From positions 61,701,494-61,751,242 of the forward strand of contig NC_068982.1 in the NCBI RefSeq assembly GCF_001194135.2: a stretch of 49,749 nt of DNA. The letters run 5' to 3'. Origin of the DNA: Octopus bimaculoides (taxonomy: Eukaryota). Numbering within the stretch: the first letter of the stretch is position 1; each line of letters begins with the position of its first letter. The translations under genes were made by a program, and so were the position numbers. Below are positions 34,726-46,981 of this stretch, piece after piece. The notes below the pieces were generated by a model. It was not told the origin of the DNA, did not search any database, and saw nothing but the letters and a program-made list of their open reading frames with translations.

Positions 34726-36214
34726 AATAATGTTATCCAAAGCCATTGAGAATATATTGATGATGAAATGCATCTATAGTCATCACTATTTTGTTTTCCT
34801 AAATTCCTTTGAAAATGGGACAAAACTTTTGTTATTACTTGATATATCAATTGACAATCTCCCTCTCACACACTCTCCCTCTTTCTTTTTCTCGATCTAA
34901 ATGGCCTTGAGCCAATGTGAGAAACAAACAAACATCATTATTAAAAATTTAAAGCATAGTAATAGAAATATTTGTTCCATGTCAGTTTATTTCATAGAGC
35001 CTGTTTCAGCTTCATTTTACTTGTAACTAATGTGAAAAACAAATGGCATTGTGTTATTCTTCTTTCTTCTACGTGTGTGAAACAGTAGTAATAGAAGTGT
35101 ATGTTTCAATGTCACTGCAGTCTCAACTGCAGTAAGCAAGTGCATGTATTTTGTTCCAAATACTTTTTCAATGACTTTGATTTCATTGTAGTGTTCCTCC
35201 TCCTATACCACCACCACCACCATCACCACCACCCACACCACCCCACTATGATCACCATCATACCAATAGCAACTGTAATCACCAGTATCCCCCATCTTCC
35301 CCAACATTACTACAGTCTCCCCCCTTCCCTCCTCTCCAGTTCATTATTTTAATATTATTACTGTAATCACCCTGATTGTCCTAGTCGTAATGATGCTGCT
35401 GTAGTTTGAGGATAGGGAACGTTACAGCGATAAAGATGATGAATATGATATGACAACCATCATCAAAAATCCTGAAGATAATGATGATGATTAGATAGCA
35501 ATCATCATCATTGTGATGATCCTCATTAATCACCAATTATTATTATTATTATTATTGGTATTTTTATTGATAAAATCATAATCATCATTAGCAAGGGTAT
35601 AGTAGCATAATCAATCCTCACTGACAAAGTGATGTTTCCTTTCAGCAAAGAGGAAGGAGATAATCATGTCAAACAAGAAATATTTCCTATGAAGATCTCA
35701 GGACCTGCTATCATTCCAACAGAAGTAGGTAGAGAAGAAGAATTGGCTGAGGAGGATGACTCATACACTGCCCCTCTATCACTTATGCCCCTTCCCTGGT
35801 GGCACCTCTTAGTAATATGTGGGATTCCAAAGTACATAGAGTTGATTGTTGTTGTTGTTGATTTGTCCCAGGTCAGTTCTGATTGGATTGATATGGACAG
35901 GATCAGTGCATTCTAGCTGTGATCCCATCCCAACATTTTTAGGTGTGCAGGAAACCCAGAATTATATTGTACAGCTAACCCTTTTCTCAGACAATAGGTT
36001 ATGATTTGAGGAAAATTGGTTGCTATTTCTAGCAGGATGAGTGATCATGTAGAGTTTCCCTTGTTGGCATGTGAATTAGTGATTATTGAAATAGATGATT
36101 TTCTATCATCACCTGCAACTAGTGACAAATTGGTTAACAATTTGCATATAGCGAGCTGATAGTACGTAAAAACTCAAATCCAAGCTAAGTGAATGTCTGA
36201 ATTGATAAAAGCAG

Positions 36215-36365
36215 TTACTTTTTTTTTTTGCTGGTTTCAGTCATTGCACTGCAGCTATGGTGGGACACCACTTCAAAGTGTTTGTTCACTCACATTGATT
36301 CTAGTACTTATTTTATTGAACTCAATTTGTTGAACTGCTAAGTTACTTAACATAAATGTAAAACA
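36215..36365 (-). mobile_element. SINE family C tail fragment
   Basis: GTTTCAGTCATTGCACTGCAGCTATGGTGGGACACC...GAACTGCTAAGTTAC. Confidence 0.65.
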
Positions 36366-36569
36366 GGCATGTTTTCACACAATGTTCCCATGTGGTACAC
36401 TTAAAATTGTAACGGTCTCACTTATATGAAACTGTTGGTAGCCTTGTTGAACCACAATATATATATATACATATTGTTGTATTTGGGGATGGTCATGTTG
36501 CCAGTTTAGCCAATGAAAACACATGCACTACATATTTGGTGTTCACTTGCTTCAGCTTTATTTTATATT

Positions 36570-37587
36570 AATTGTATTTCAGCCAGAGTTCTTTTGTTAC
36601 ACTTCTGTGACCTCATCAGTGGTCTTTTGCTTTCTTCTTTCTTTTTTGTGTCTCTCCTTCCTAACAATCTGCCATTTTGTATTCCTGTTGTATGTGTCTT
36701 TATTTGTGCATGCGTATATCCCTGCGAGTGTCTATGTTTAGTAAGTGTGTGTGTGGGAATGTATATGGTACCTGCATTATCAGTATCCCCTGTTTATTCA
36801 CATTTGTTTAATTTGCTTCTATTTTATTCATTTGTTTTTATCTACTTACTTTTTCATTTCTTTCTCTTTTTTTGTATTAATTCAATTTATTATATTTTGT
36901 TTATGTGTATAATTATTTAATTCCATTTATTTATCTGTCTATTGTATTAGTTTCATATTATTATTAGTTTATGAGGATCTTATTTTGTCATAGGTTGTGG
37001 TGTGTGTGTGTGGGTGTGTGCTAGCATTCCATTCCAGTTTTCTATTTAGGCTAGGTTGATCTTCTATTACGTGTGTAGCTTCCGTAATTTGCCTAAGTGT
37101 TGCATCCATTCTATGTGTGGACAAGATTTTAACTTCTGTATTGTTGAATGAGCACCTGTGTTCCTGCTCGACATGCTGGTCTAGAACTGATGAGCTCTTC
37201 TCTTCCTTAAGTTCCCTCCAATGCTCATTTACCTGCTCTCCTATGCTCCATGCTGTCTCTCCTACGTACATCATTGTTTTGTTTCTGCACCGTCCCTCCG
37301 TACATCTTATTATACTGTAGACTACATTTCTAGCTTTACAGTTTGTTTGTGAGCTAAATCTACATACAATACAGTTTCTATCAATACAGGAGGTTCTATT
37401 AAAAGGGTAGGTTCTACCGATTAGGGATTTGATAGAGTTACCTGGCCTTAATTCTTAGCTTAATCTTGTCTAGGGCCCTTCTAAAGCAGTATGCCAGTTT
37501 GCCTCTAGGGGTGGTGTTGAAGAACATGACACTCTGGTATTTGTGGCTATCATACCATGACTTGGCCTTCCCTATTTTCTTCTTAGT

Positions 37588-37590
<3 letters not shown>
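36570..37590 (-). mobile_element. Penelope-like element 3' part: linker, GIY-YIG endonuclease and probable pseudo-LTR
   Basis: WYDSHKYQSVMFF, CIDRNCIVC...CKARNVVY, YVGETAWSIGEQVNEH, DQHVEQEH, RQITEATHV...PSLNRK; downstream CTGATGA...GAAA remnant at 36619-36577. Confidence 0.8.
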
Positions 37591-37633
<43 letters not shown>

Positions 37634-37659
37634 TATAGTATGCTTCTATACATTTTACA

Positions 37660-38340
37660 TCTACCAAATTTTATTTGCAAGTCATTGATTGGCCTGAGGC
37701 TACAGTAGAAGATACTTGCTCAAGGTACAACACAGTAAAGTTGAATCCCAAATCCTGTGCTTTCAAAGTGAGCTTCTCAATCATATAGCGATGCTTTGCA
37801 CCTAGTTAATGATATTTGTAGATAAGTTTGTGTGCTGTGTGGAAAGCTGGGTGAGTTCTGATGTTATGGACAGAGACAAATAAAGAAAATGTGTATAATG
37901 AGCTGGCAAAATTAGCTGATAGATGAGGGTATATTTCTGAAAAATAGAAGTAAAAATCAGTTGGAAATATAAACTGAAGCAGTATGAGTGGTGCCAGTGA
38001 CCAATAGCTAGCTGTTAGAGAGTGCTCGGACCAACAAGCACCAGACTTTATAATAACACTACCCAGAACCAAATCAATAAGTTTAGGACATCACTTTCAC
38101 TTTTCTCATAATTGCTTATTGGCAAAAGTGAAACTAATGTTGTAAATTTAAGAACCAATGAGATCTGTTCTATTATAAATCTATTTACATCTAGGCTGCT
38201 ATTTTATTTTATCAACTCTGTAAGGCTCAGGCTGTGGGGTAAGAAGTTTGCTTGATTCAGGGTTCAGTCTCTGAACTATGGTACCTTGGGTAAGTGTGGG
38301 TCAACCAAAGCCTGTGAGTGGATTTGGTAAAAAGAAACTG
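37660..38340. mobile_element. Two SINE family C heads in divergent orientation (minus 37660-37800; plus 38222-38340)
   Basis: GGCTACAGTAGAAGATACTTGCTCAAGG (minus) and GGCTGTGGGGTAAGAAGTTTGC...AAAGCCTGTGAGTGGATTTGGTA (plus). Confidence 0.65.
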
Positions 38341-38772
38341 NNNNNNNNNNNNNNNNNNNNNNNNNNNNNNNNNNNNNNNNNNNNNNNNNNNNNNNNNNNN
38401 NNNNNNNNNNNNNNNNNNNNNNNNNNNNNNNNNNNNNNNNNNNNNNNNNNNNNNNNNNNNNNNNNNNNNNNNNNNNNNNNNNNNNNNNNNNNNNNNNNNN
38501 NNNNNNNNNNNNNNNNNNNNNNNNNNNNNNNNNNNNNNNNNNNNNNNNNNNNNNNNNNNNNNNNNNNNNNNNNNNNNNNNNNNNNNNNNNNNNNNNNNNN
38601 NNNNNNNNNNNNNNNNNNNNNNNNNNNNNNNNNNNNNNNNNNNNNNNNNNNNNNNNNNNNNNNNNNNNNNNNNNNNNNNNNNNNNNNNNNNNNNNNNNNN
38701 NNNNNNNNNNNNNNNNNNNNNNNNNNNNNNNNNNNNNNNNNNNNNNNNNNNNNNNNNNNNNNNNNNNNNNNN

Positions 38773-38935
38773 AATAAAGGTTCGAGTTGATCTGATCAGC
38801 GGATTAGCCTGCTCATGAAATTAATGTGCAGGTGGGCGAGCACTCCACAAACACACGTATCCTTAACGTAATTTTTAGGGGAATTCAGTGTGATACAGAA
38901 TATGACAAGGCTGGCCCTATGAAATACATGAAATG
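38773..38935 (-). mobile_element. SINE family D fragment
   Basis: AGCCTGCTCATGAAATTAATGTGCAGGTGG..GAGCACTCCACA..CTTAACGTA. Confidence 0.75.
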
Positions 38936-39444
38936 CTACTTCATCATATTCCTTATTATTATTTACTCACACACACACATATATATGTATATATGTGCGT
39001 GTGTTACTGTCTCTTGCCTTGACATTGCATGATAGTTGTAAGTGTCATACCATTATGCAAATGGCGTCCTTCATTTCCAGTCTTCCATGTCTGGCCAGGG
39101 GGGAATATTACCTAATTGGGAAATAGGTGAGGGCTGGTGACACAAAGGGCCATAGAAAATCTGCCTCAACAAAATCTGTCTCATCCATGCAAGCATGGAA
39201 AAAGTGAACATTAAAAAGTAATGATGATGCTATAAAGGATAAAGAGAAAATTACCCTCATTGAGTTTACATCTGAAAAAGTAAGGAGAGTAACTACTTAC
39301 TGCAGCCATTGTATCTCACACTAATGATTCTACCAACCCGCCACCATTTAACTTGCTAGAAATATCAGCCAAATCTCTCTCATGCCATACCCTACCACCT
39401 TAATAACAGAAAGACATTTTAGATAGTGTTGCTGCAAATACACT

Positions 39445-39830
39445 ATATTTTTTATCTTTGTATCTTTTACTTATTTCAGTCATTTGCTTGCAGCCATGCT
39501 GGGTACCACTTTGAAGGGCTTAGTTGAACAAATTGACCCTAATACCTATTCTATAAGTCTCTTTTGCTGAACTGCAGAGTTATAAGAAACATAAACACAC
39601 CAACATCAGTTGTTTAGTGGTGGAAGGGGACAAAACACAAAGCTGGGCACATAAATGTATATATATGTAGGGCCTCCACATAGTTTCTGTTTACTAAATT
39701 CACTCACAAGACATAAGTTAATTGAAGGTTATAGTAGAAAACAGTTGCCCAAGGTACCAACCTGTGGGACTGAACTTGAAACAATGTGGTTGCAAAGCAA
39801 ACTTCTTAACCACATAAGCATTCCTGTGCT
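39445..39830 (-). mobile_element. SINE family C, degenerate full length
   Basis: Tail TTTCAGTCATTTG..GCAGCCATGCTGGG and head CAAGGTACC...GGGACTGAAC...CAAACTTCTTAACCAC. Confidence 0.7.
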
Positions 39831-39883
39831 TATATCTGAAAAAAAAAAAAAAAAGGCAGTATAGTCTTAGCTAGAATACCTTT

Positions 39884-40263
39884 TGTTGTTGTTGGCACTC
39901 TGTCGCTTACGACATCAAGGGTTCCAGTTGATCCGGTCAACGGAACAGCCTGCTCATGAAATTAACGTGCAAGTGGCTGAGCACTCCACAGACATGTGTA
40001 CCCTTAACGTAGTTCTCGGGGATATTCAGCGTGACACTGTGACAAGGCTGACCCTTTGAATTACAACAGAAACAGGAAGTAAGAGTGAGAGAAAGTTGTG
40101 GTGAAAGAGTACAGCAGGGTTCGCCACCATCCCCTGCCGGAGCCTCGTGGAGCTTTAGGTGTTTTCGCTCAATAAACACTCACAACGCCCTGTCTGGGAA
40201 TTGAAACTGCGATCCTACAACCACGAGTCCGCTGCCCTAACCACTGGGCCATTGCGCCTCCAC
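39884..40263 (-). mobile_element. Complete SINE family D copy (380 bp) with A/B boxes, (CAA)n tail and perfect 11-bp TSD
   Basis: Head GTGGAGGCGCAATGGCCCAGTGGTTAGGGCAGCGGACTCG...GCAGTTTCAATTCCC; AGAATACCTTT at 39873-39883 and 40264-40274. Confidence 0.92.
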
Positions 40264-40829
40264 AGAATACCTTTAACCAGCTGTAAAACCATGCTAAAAC
40301 AGACAGTCCAGCCCGGTTCTGTCCTCTGCCAAGCTTGCTCTTGTCAGACCATCCAACCCATGCCAGCATGGAAAAATGAATGTTAAATGATGAGATGATA
40401 ATGACGATGATGATGATGATGATGATGGCTTGCTTCATCAGGTCTAGCCTGTGGTTAAACAAAACAATAAGAGAACATAATCGACAGTAAAGGGCCTAAT
40501 ACATATCTTATTAATAAGGATACATGTAAAGCTAGATGGTTATGAAAAGAAAAATTAACCTCATTTGGATTTGAGCTTCGACCAGTAAACCATCAAGTTA
40601 GATAGAATGAAACATCCAGTTTAACTCTTGACTGTCTATTATACCAATCTCATTACTATTAGTATATTGATTTCTTACATAGGTTATACCCATTACCTCT
40701 CCTAAGTACAAAGCGACAGGAAAGTAATGCTGGTGAAGATGGTGCTGTAGTAAGAGCGAGGAGAGGAAGATGGAGTTGAAAGTGGCAGAGAATTTCGCTG
40801 TGTGATGGAGAAAGAAGTGAAGGAGGTGA

Positions 40830-41175
40830 CTGCTGGTGGTGGTGGTGGTGGTGGTGGTAGAGAACTCATCTGTTTAAAGAATCTTGACATTTGACCATAA
40901 TAACAGGTAAAAGCAAATATGAATATTTAACAGCCATTATTCTGCACCAATAACACATTCATCACAATCACTCTGACTGGTATCACAACTTTAATACTGA
41001 TGATAATTATGACTACCGAGGTGGTGGTGGTGGTGGCGGTGATGATGGTGGTGGTGACAGTGAAGCTGATGGTATTGGTGGTGGTGGTGGTGGTGGTAGC
41101 AGTAGTGATAGTGATGATGATGACGAAAGCATTGATGATCAATACGATGACCATAATGATGATGCTGGATTTCAT
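40830..41175. repeat. Compound (GGT)n/(GAT)n low-complexity tract
   Basis: Direct observation. Confidence 0.85.
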
Positions 41176-41424
41176 CATTGTCCTCATCAGCGTCACTGCA
41201 TCTTAACCTCTTTTGCACCATCATTAGGTGTAACAGTAGCAACAACTTTTACAGTAATCTCTTTTTCACTTTTTACAATAATATTAAGAAATATTGTCTT
41301 TCAATGCAGTGAATAATTATTGTAACAACAGCAACAACAACAATGACAGCAACAGAGGCTGTAGAAGCAACAATAAATCAATGTGACATACAAACAATAA
41401 AAACAGCAAGCAATAATAGTATAT

Positions 41425-41640
41425 AATGATTTCAAATGTTGGTACAAGGCTAGCAATTTTAGGGGAGGGGAGAGTCGATTAGTTCTACCCCAGTGCTCAA
41501 CTGGTACTTATTTTATCAACCCTGAAAGGAAGAAAGGCAAAAATCAACCTTGGCTGAATTTGAACTCAGAATGTAAAGATGGATGAAATGCTGCGAAGCA
41601 TTTTGCTTGGCATGCTAACGATTCTGCGAGCTCGCTGTCT
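41425..41640 (-). mobile_element. SINE family B
   Basis: Reverse-complement head, AATTTGAACTCAG B box and central domain; (AAT)n on both sides. Confidence 0.8.
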
Positions 41641-41690
41641 ATTAATAATAATAATAATAATCATAATAATAATAATAATGATTTCAAATT

Positions 41691-42235
41691 TTTGTCAAAA
41701 TTTCATTCATTGAGGACAATGAAAGAAATTTGGGTAATTTAAGAATTAAGGAAGCATTACTCATACACAGACTAGGATCCCAAATTAACAACAAGCTGGA
41801 GATTGGTAATCAATATATTATTTAGCTACATCTGGACGTGCGTAGGTTCATTCTTAATAAAATGCTCATGTATTGTTTATAACAAAAAAAAAAAAAAAAT
41901 GAGAAGCTGCACGCATAACACATAACTTAGAAGCAGCGCTACAGATATACCAATACACATGAGATTGAAACATAGCCGACCTCACACACTTCTCATGAGG
42001 AATTCCAGAAGGAGCTTTGTGAGACCACTACTACGTCACTTCCAGAAAAAAAGAAAAAGAAAGAAAAGCCGTTAGTAAACAGTTTACAGCATAGACTCCG
42101 TCTAAGAAGATCTGAAGAAGGAATTGTGTTCCGAAATATCATCGGACTATAAATAACCAAATTACAACAAATATATAGTCCATTTTTTATATTATAGTAC
42201 ATTGTTGTACCATTCAAAACTTTTTTTTTTACAAC
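41691..42235 (+). mobile_element. Penelope-like element 3' end: GIY-YIG C-terminus (stop 41823-41825) plus pseudo-LTR containing a hammerhead
   Basis: Frame reading FVKISFIEDNERNLGNLRIKEALLIHRLGSQINNKLEIGNQYII* matches the PLE L.IKEAL.I....P.LN motif; too short for the ORF track. Confidence 0.75.
42109..42143 (+). ncRNA. Minimal type I hammerhead ribozyme with canonical core
   Basis: GAT-CTGAAGA-A-GGAA(TTGTG)TTCC-GAAA-TA-TC-ATC: all core nucleotides intact, palindromic ATAT stem III, AUC cleavage triplet. Confidence 0.8.
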
Positions 42236-42267
42236 AACAATAATAATAATAATACTAATAATGGAAT

Positions 42268-42840
42268 ATAAGAGACGCCAAGGCTTGTCCATTGGACACT
42301 TTGCAACAAGTATGGACTTGAAGAGCAAAACATTTGCATGATCACAAACCCAAAGGCATCATCGAAATGTGATAATGGAAAGATCCTGTGGGATTTTATG
42401 ATTCAGTGTGGCCATGAGATAGAGAATAGGAAGCCAGACATAGTCTTAACTGAGAAAGAAAGTAAACTATGCTGGATCATAGATATAGCATGCCCAGCTG
42501 ACAACAAGGTATGCGATAAGGAAGAAAGAAAAGTCAAGAGATATGACAGGTTAGCTTGGGAGGTAAAGCAGTTGTGGTTAATGAAAAAGGTGGTAGTAGT
42601 ACCAATAATTGTCAGAGCCCTGGGAACAGTGAGTAAAAAGCTCAAGAAGTACATGGAACAAATAGGGGCTGCAATAAGGGCGGAGCACTCGCAGAAAACA
42701 GCACTGCTTGGAACTGCTTGAATACTCCGAAAGGTGCTTGAAAAATAAGAGGTGTTACCTTAGTTCACTGGTAGTGAACAGCTGATACTGCAGTACATCT
42801 CCAGTGTTAGAAGCTGTGCAAAAGCAATGATAATAATGGA
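42268..42840 (+). mobile_element. R4/Dong-clade LINE 3' end (RLE domain, 3' UTR, short (AAT)-type tail), a different subfamily from 9321-9660
   Basis: EYKRR..., KILWDFMIQCGHEIENRKPDIVL...IIDIACPADNKV..KEERKVKRYDRL...VVPIIVRALG...QKTALLGTA*ILRKVL. Confidence 0.9.
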
Positions 42841-42844
42841 ATAT

Positions 42845-43060
42845 CTTTTATCTTTTACATTTTACTGTTTCAATCATTGGACTGTAGCCATGCTGGGCCA
42901 CTATCTTGAAGGGTTTATTGAACAAATTAACCCCAATACTTAATTTTCAAAGTCTGCTACTTATTCTGTTGGTGCCTTCTTGTCAAATTGCTAAGTCTCA
43001 GAAATGTAAGCAACTGTTACTGCTTGTCAAGCAGTGGTAGGGGACAAACAAATACAAACA

Positions 43061-43155
<95 letters not shown>

Positions 43156-43320
43156 CCTATGACAGACCTCTTTCAGCTTCTGTCCACCAAATCCTTTCAA
43201 AAAGCTTTGTGTGGCCTGGGGATGTAGTAGTAAACATTTGCCCAACTTGTCACAGAGTAGGACTGAACCCAAGACCACATGGTTGAGAAGCAAGCTTCTT
43301 AACAATGCAGTCATGCTTGT
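42845..43320 (-). mobile_element. SINE family C with internal perfect (CA)n tract (about 43063-43153)
   Basis: Tail at 42845-43045, head at 43160-43320. Confidence 0.8.
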
Positions 43321-44649
43321 GTCTGAGCAAAATAAATGTGATTTTGAAATTTCCAGGATCATATTGTGTACTGTGTCACCCAACAATTTTTGTTTAAAGA
43401 CAGTAGAGTATGATATATGAGAGAGTTGGTTGCTATTTATAGAGGGTCTGATTTTGGTAATACAGTTTTGTATCATCTAATGATACTACTGAGCACATTC
43501 AAGTTGTATTTGAAATAAGTTTTGGTGAGTCTCCAAGTTTGTTGAATAACAATTATGTTAAATCTCTTAAAAATATTGATTTCCTTGACACAAAATCGCA
43601 AGTTTTGAGGGAAGGATATTATTGCTAAAATTGCCTGAAGTTTCTTTCCTTAATACTAAAGCGAAAAATGGTGAAGTGACTCTCTGGTTGGATTTGAACT
43701 CCAAACGTACAAGAATGACTGTACATTTGAAGTTATTCTGGCTCAAGGTTACCATTTAAATGGGAAATTTACATTCAAATGAATCAGTTCAAATACATGC
43801 CTGACACTTATTTTGGATTACCCTGAAGTGTTTGAAATCAGAACCTACATAGATGGAACTAAATATTTTGAGGTTGCTACTGTTGTTTAGCTTCAGGTCA
43901 ACACTGATCAATAACATCTATGGTCAGAGGCACTACAGCCAAGATTATCCCATGTATTTTCAATCATACTATATATATGCTTACATTTTCCCATCTTTTA
44001 TTCAAGCATATTGCCCCTGACCCCAAGCTCCAGGGTCACTTAAGTGTGTAATGGTTTGTTTTAAACAGTAGGGTCTAATTTGAAGGATATTTCGTGGCTA
44101 TTTCTAGCATGATGAGTGAGCTCATAGAGGCTGGATACTGTAAGGCATTTAGTTCTGGTTCTCTATTACTTTTGCCACTAGATTGTTTTTTGTGCTTCTG
44201 TCTCTTAAAGGGGAGAACATTATACAGATTTACAACAAAACTATCAATAGGACACAGCAAGGTTGAGTGTTTAAGAAGTATTCTTCATAATTACTAAGTC
44301 TCATATCTTTGGAGAATGTCTTTTATCTTAGTCTCAGGTTGACCTGAACTTTGCAGGTGAAATCAGATTGGCAGAAACTCTATGGGAGTCAGTTGAATTG
44401 AACCTGTAATTTAATGGCCTACCCTTATAATACTGGCTCACTGATTCTGCCTGAGAAATACATCAGTGGTACATGTGTCTGTGGAATGTTCAGTCACTAA
44501 TTCAATGATCAGACAACTGGAAGGTCATTGCTGGAGAGTCATTATTAGTTAATGGAGACTCATTATTAGTTAGGAATTAACTGCTAAGATTTTCATGTAA
44601 AACCGCAGAAACAATTTAACTGAACAAATCAATCCAAATTTATTACAAA

Positions 44650-45500
44650 GGGAATTTGAAGATGCAAACAAGAGACACAGCTTTCTCCATCCATCTTTTC
44701 CTGTCATTAACCAACATTGTGTGTTCCACCTTCTTCCTCCCTGTTCATTCTTTGATGATGTTCAACCATCCTTTTGTGATCTTCCTATATCTCTTTTACC
44801 AGAGAGCTTTGTCTGTGTATGATCATATTTGCTAGAGCTAGAGTGTAATGGTGTCATGCTACACAACCAAACCACTTTATTTTCCACCTTTTAACTATTT
44901 GTCAGAAGACTTTCATGGTTCACAGTCTTCTCAATAATTTCTTTTTTAACACACTCATTACTTTGATGTTGTCTTTATGAGGTGTGAAGCACTTTTCTGT
45001 CATATTTCATTTCAAAGACCAAGATCTTTTACTTGTGTTCAGCATCAATGTACATGATTTGTACCCAAAAAGTGCAGCTGAAATGATTGTTGCTTTTGCA
45101 AAATGAAATTTGTTGTTGTAATCATTTTATTTTTCTAAACAGGGATCTTACTTTGCTAAAGCTACTGTAACTGCTGCAAATCCTGCATTTTATTCCATTC
45201 TTTGATCTCACATCTCCTGTTGTTATTCTCCCTAAATACTTAAATACATCAACTTGTTTGAGTGTCTTCTCTACTATTTCAATTGAATCGACTATCTTCT
45301 TTTTGTTCTTATTAGTCATCATTATTTTGCATTTTCAGTGCTTATTTCCGTTCCGTGTCTTCTTGCAATTGTGACATGACATGTTGTCAGATCTCTAAGT
45401 TATTTCTCATTTTGCCATATTAGATCAATACCATCAATGAAATAGAGAATGTTGATTTCTCTACCTCCAGCTTCCACATTTTCTTGTATCTTATTATTGT
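44650..45500 (-). mobile_element. Old RTE-type LINE RT C-terminal fragment, distinct from the young RTE family
   Basis: Minus peptides across frameshifts AGGREINILYF, KTLKQVDVFKYLG, IKCRI, VFEMK, IKWFGCV, GKRDIGRS. Confidence 0.7.
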
Positions 45501-46084
45501 ATCTTGGTTAAAGATCCCACCAACTTTTTTTAAAAATTTGATTACTTTCCAACCAAAATCAATTTTTGATATACATAAAATGACTCCATAACATTTTCTA
45601 TTGTTCAGCTAATGTTATATTTTAGGGCCCCATACTACACACAGTTAAAAAACATTTTGAAGTCAATGAACTTGTGGTAACTGCAGTCTAACTGCAGTTC
45701 CAAGTATTTTTCTACCAAAATATTAACTTTACAAGTATTTCTCTCACCCTGGAAACCAGTATTTTTAAGGGACAGAAAAGGTGTCTTGCATTAGAAAAGA
45801 GACATAGCTTCCTCAGATGGAGAAGAGAGAGTGGTGAGAAAGATGGTGAAGATATGACAGAGAGGGAGCAGGGGCCATACACCCAAGTTACAGGGTCATG
45901 TATATAGTAGAGTGGATCAGGGATTGAAGAAGGTAGGTATATGGGTGAGTTCATAAGATTTTGAAAGGATAGTGGGAGCCATAGTTTGGGATGAAGGGAT
46001 TTAACAGGGGCATATTGTGTGGAGGTAGGTAGATGGACACCTGAGGGAGAATGGAGGAAAGTGAGGAGAATATTCATATGCATA

Positions 46085-46330
46085 TATATCTGTGTGTGTG
46101 TGTGTGTGTGCCTTTATGTCTATTTGTCTCCCTCCACAACTTAATAACTGATGATGGTTTGTTTACATTCCCATTACTTAGTGGTTCAGCAAAGCAACCA
46201 ATTGAATAAGCACCAGACTTAAAAGAAAAAGAAGTACTGTGGTCAATTTGTTTGACTAAAACCCTTCAAGGTGGTGCCCTAGTATGGCCACAGTCCAATG
46301 ACTGAAACAAATAAAAGAAGATAAAGGAAA
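46085..46330 (+). mobile_element. SINE family C tail
   Basis: ACTTAGTGGTTCAGCAAAG...GGCCACAGTCCAATGACTGAAACAAATAAAAG. Confidence 0.75.
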
Positions 46331-46599
46331 ATATTGCAAAAATCTGCTTGGGTGGCTAATTAAATTAACAGCAGAGTTGGTCTGAGTTCTTTTTAGTATT
46401 TTCCTTTGTTTGCACTCATTAGTATTCACTTTGACAAATGTGATACTTATATAGTCATACTGTTTTGAATTAGTCATGCATTATCTTGTAACTTTGAGAT
46501 TTTGAAGATTTTGATTATGTGATTTTCATTTTTAAAATGACAAATTAGGGTAGGTGTGAGAGGTAGGATCTCATCGGTTTGAAAAGAAAATGGGCGTAA

Positions 46600-46905
46600 A
46601 ATTGTGGCTGGATATTCTCTTATTCCCTTGCATGTTTCAGTCATTTGACTGCAGCCATGCTGGAGCACTGCCTTAAAGGGTTTAGTTGAAGAAATCGACC
46701 CCGGGACTTAATCTTTGTAAGCCTAGTACTTATTTTATTGATCTCTTTTGTTGAACTGTTAAGTTATGGGGGACATAAATGCACTGTCAAGTGATGGTGG
46801 GGGAGACAAACACAGACACAAAGACACACACATGAATGTATGTACATACATGCATATAGATATATATATATACATACATACATACATATATATACGAATG
46901 TTTAT

Positions 46906-46938
<33 letters not shown>

Positions 46939-46949
46939 CATACATACAC

Positions 46950-46981
<32 letters not shown>

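Noticed and set aside
37806-37938. Minus-strand strong acceptor followed by open frames
   Set aside because: No donor, no recognisable peptide, and it runs into a SINE head.
40190-40263. tRNA gene
   Set aside because: A/B boxes are present but there is no convincing cloverleaf; it continues into a multicopy SINE body and is flanked by TSDs.
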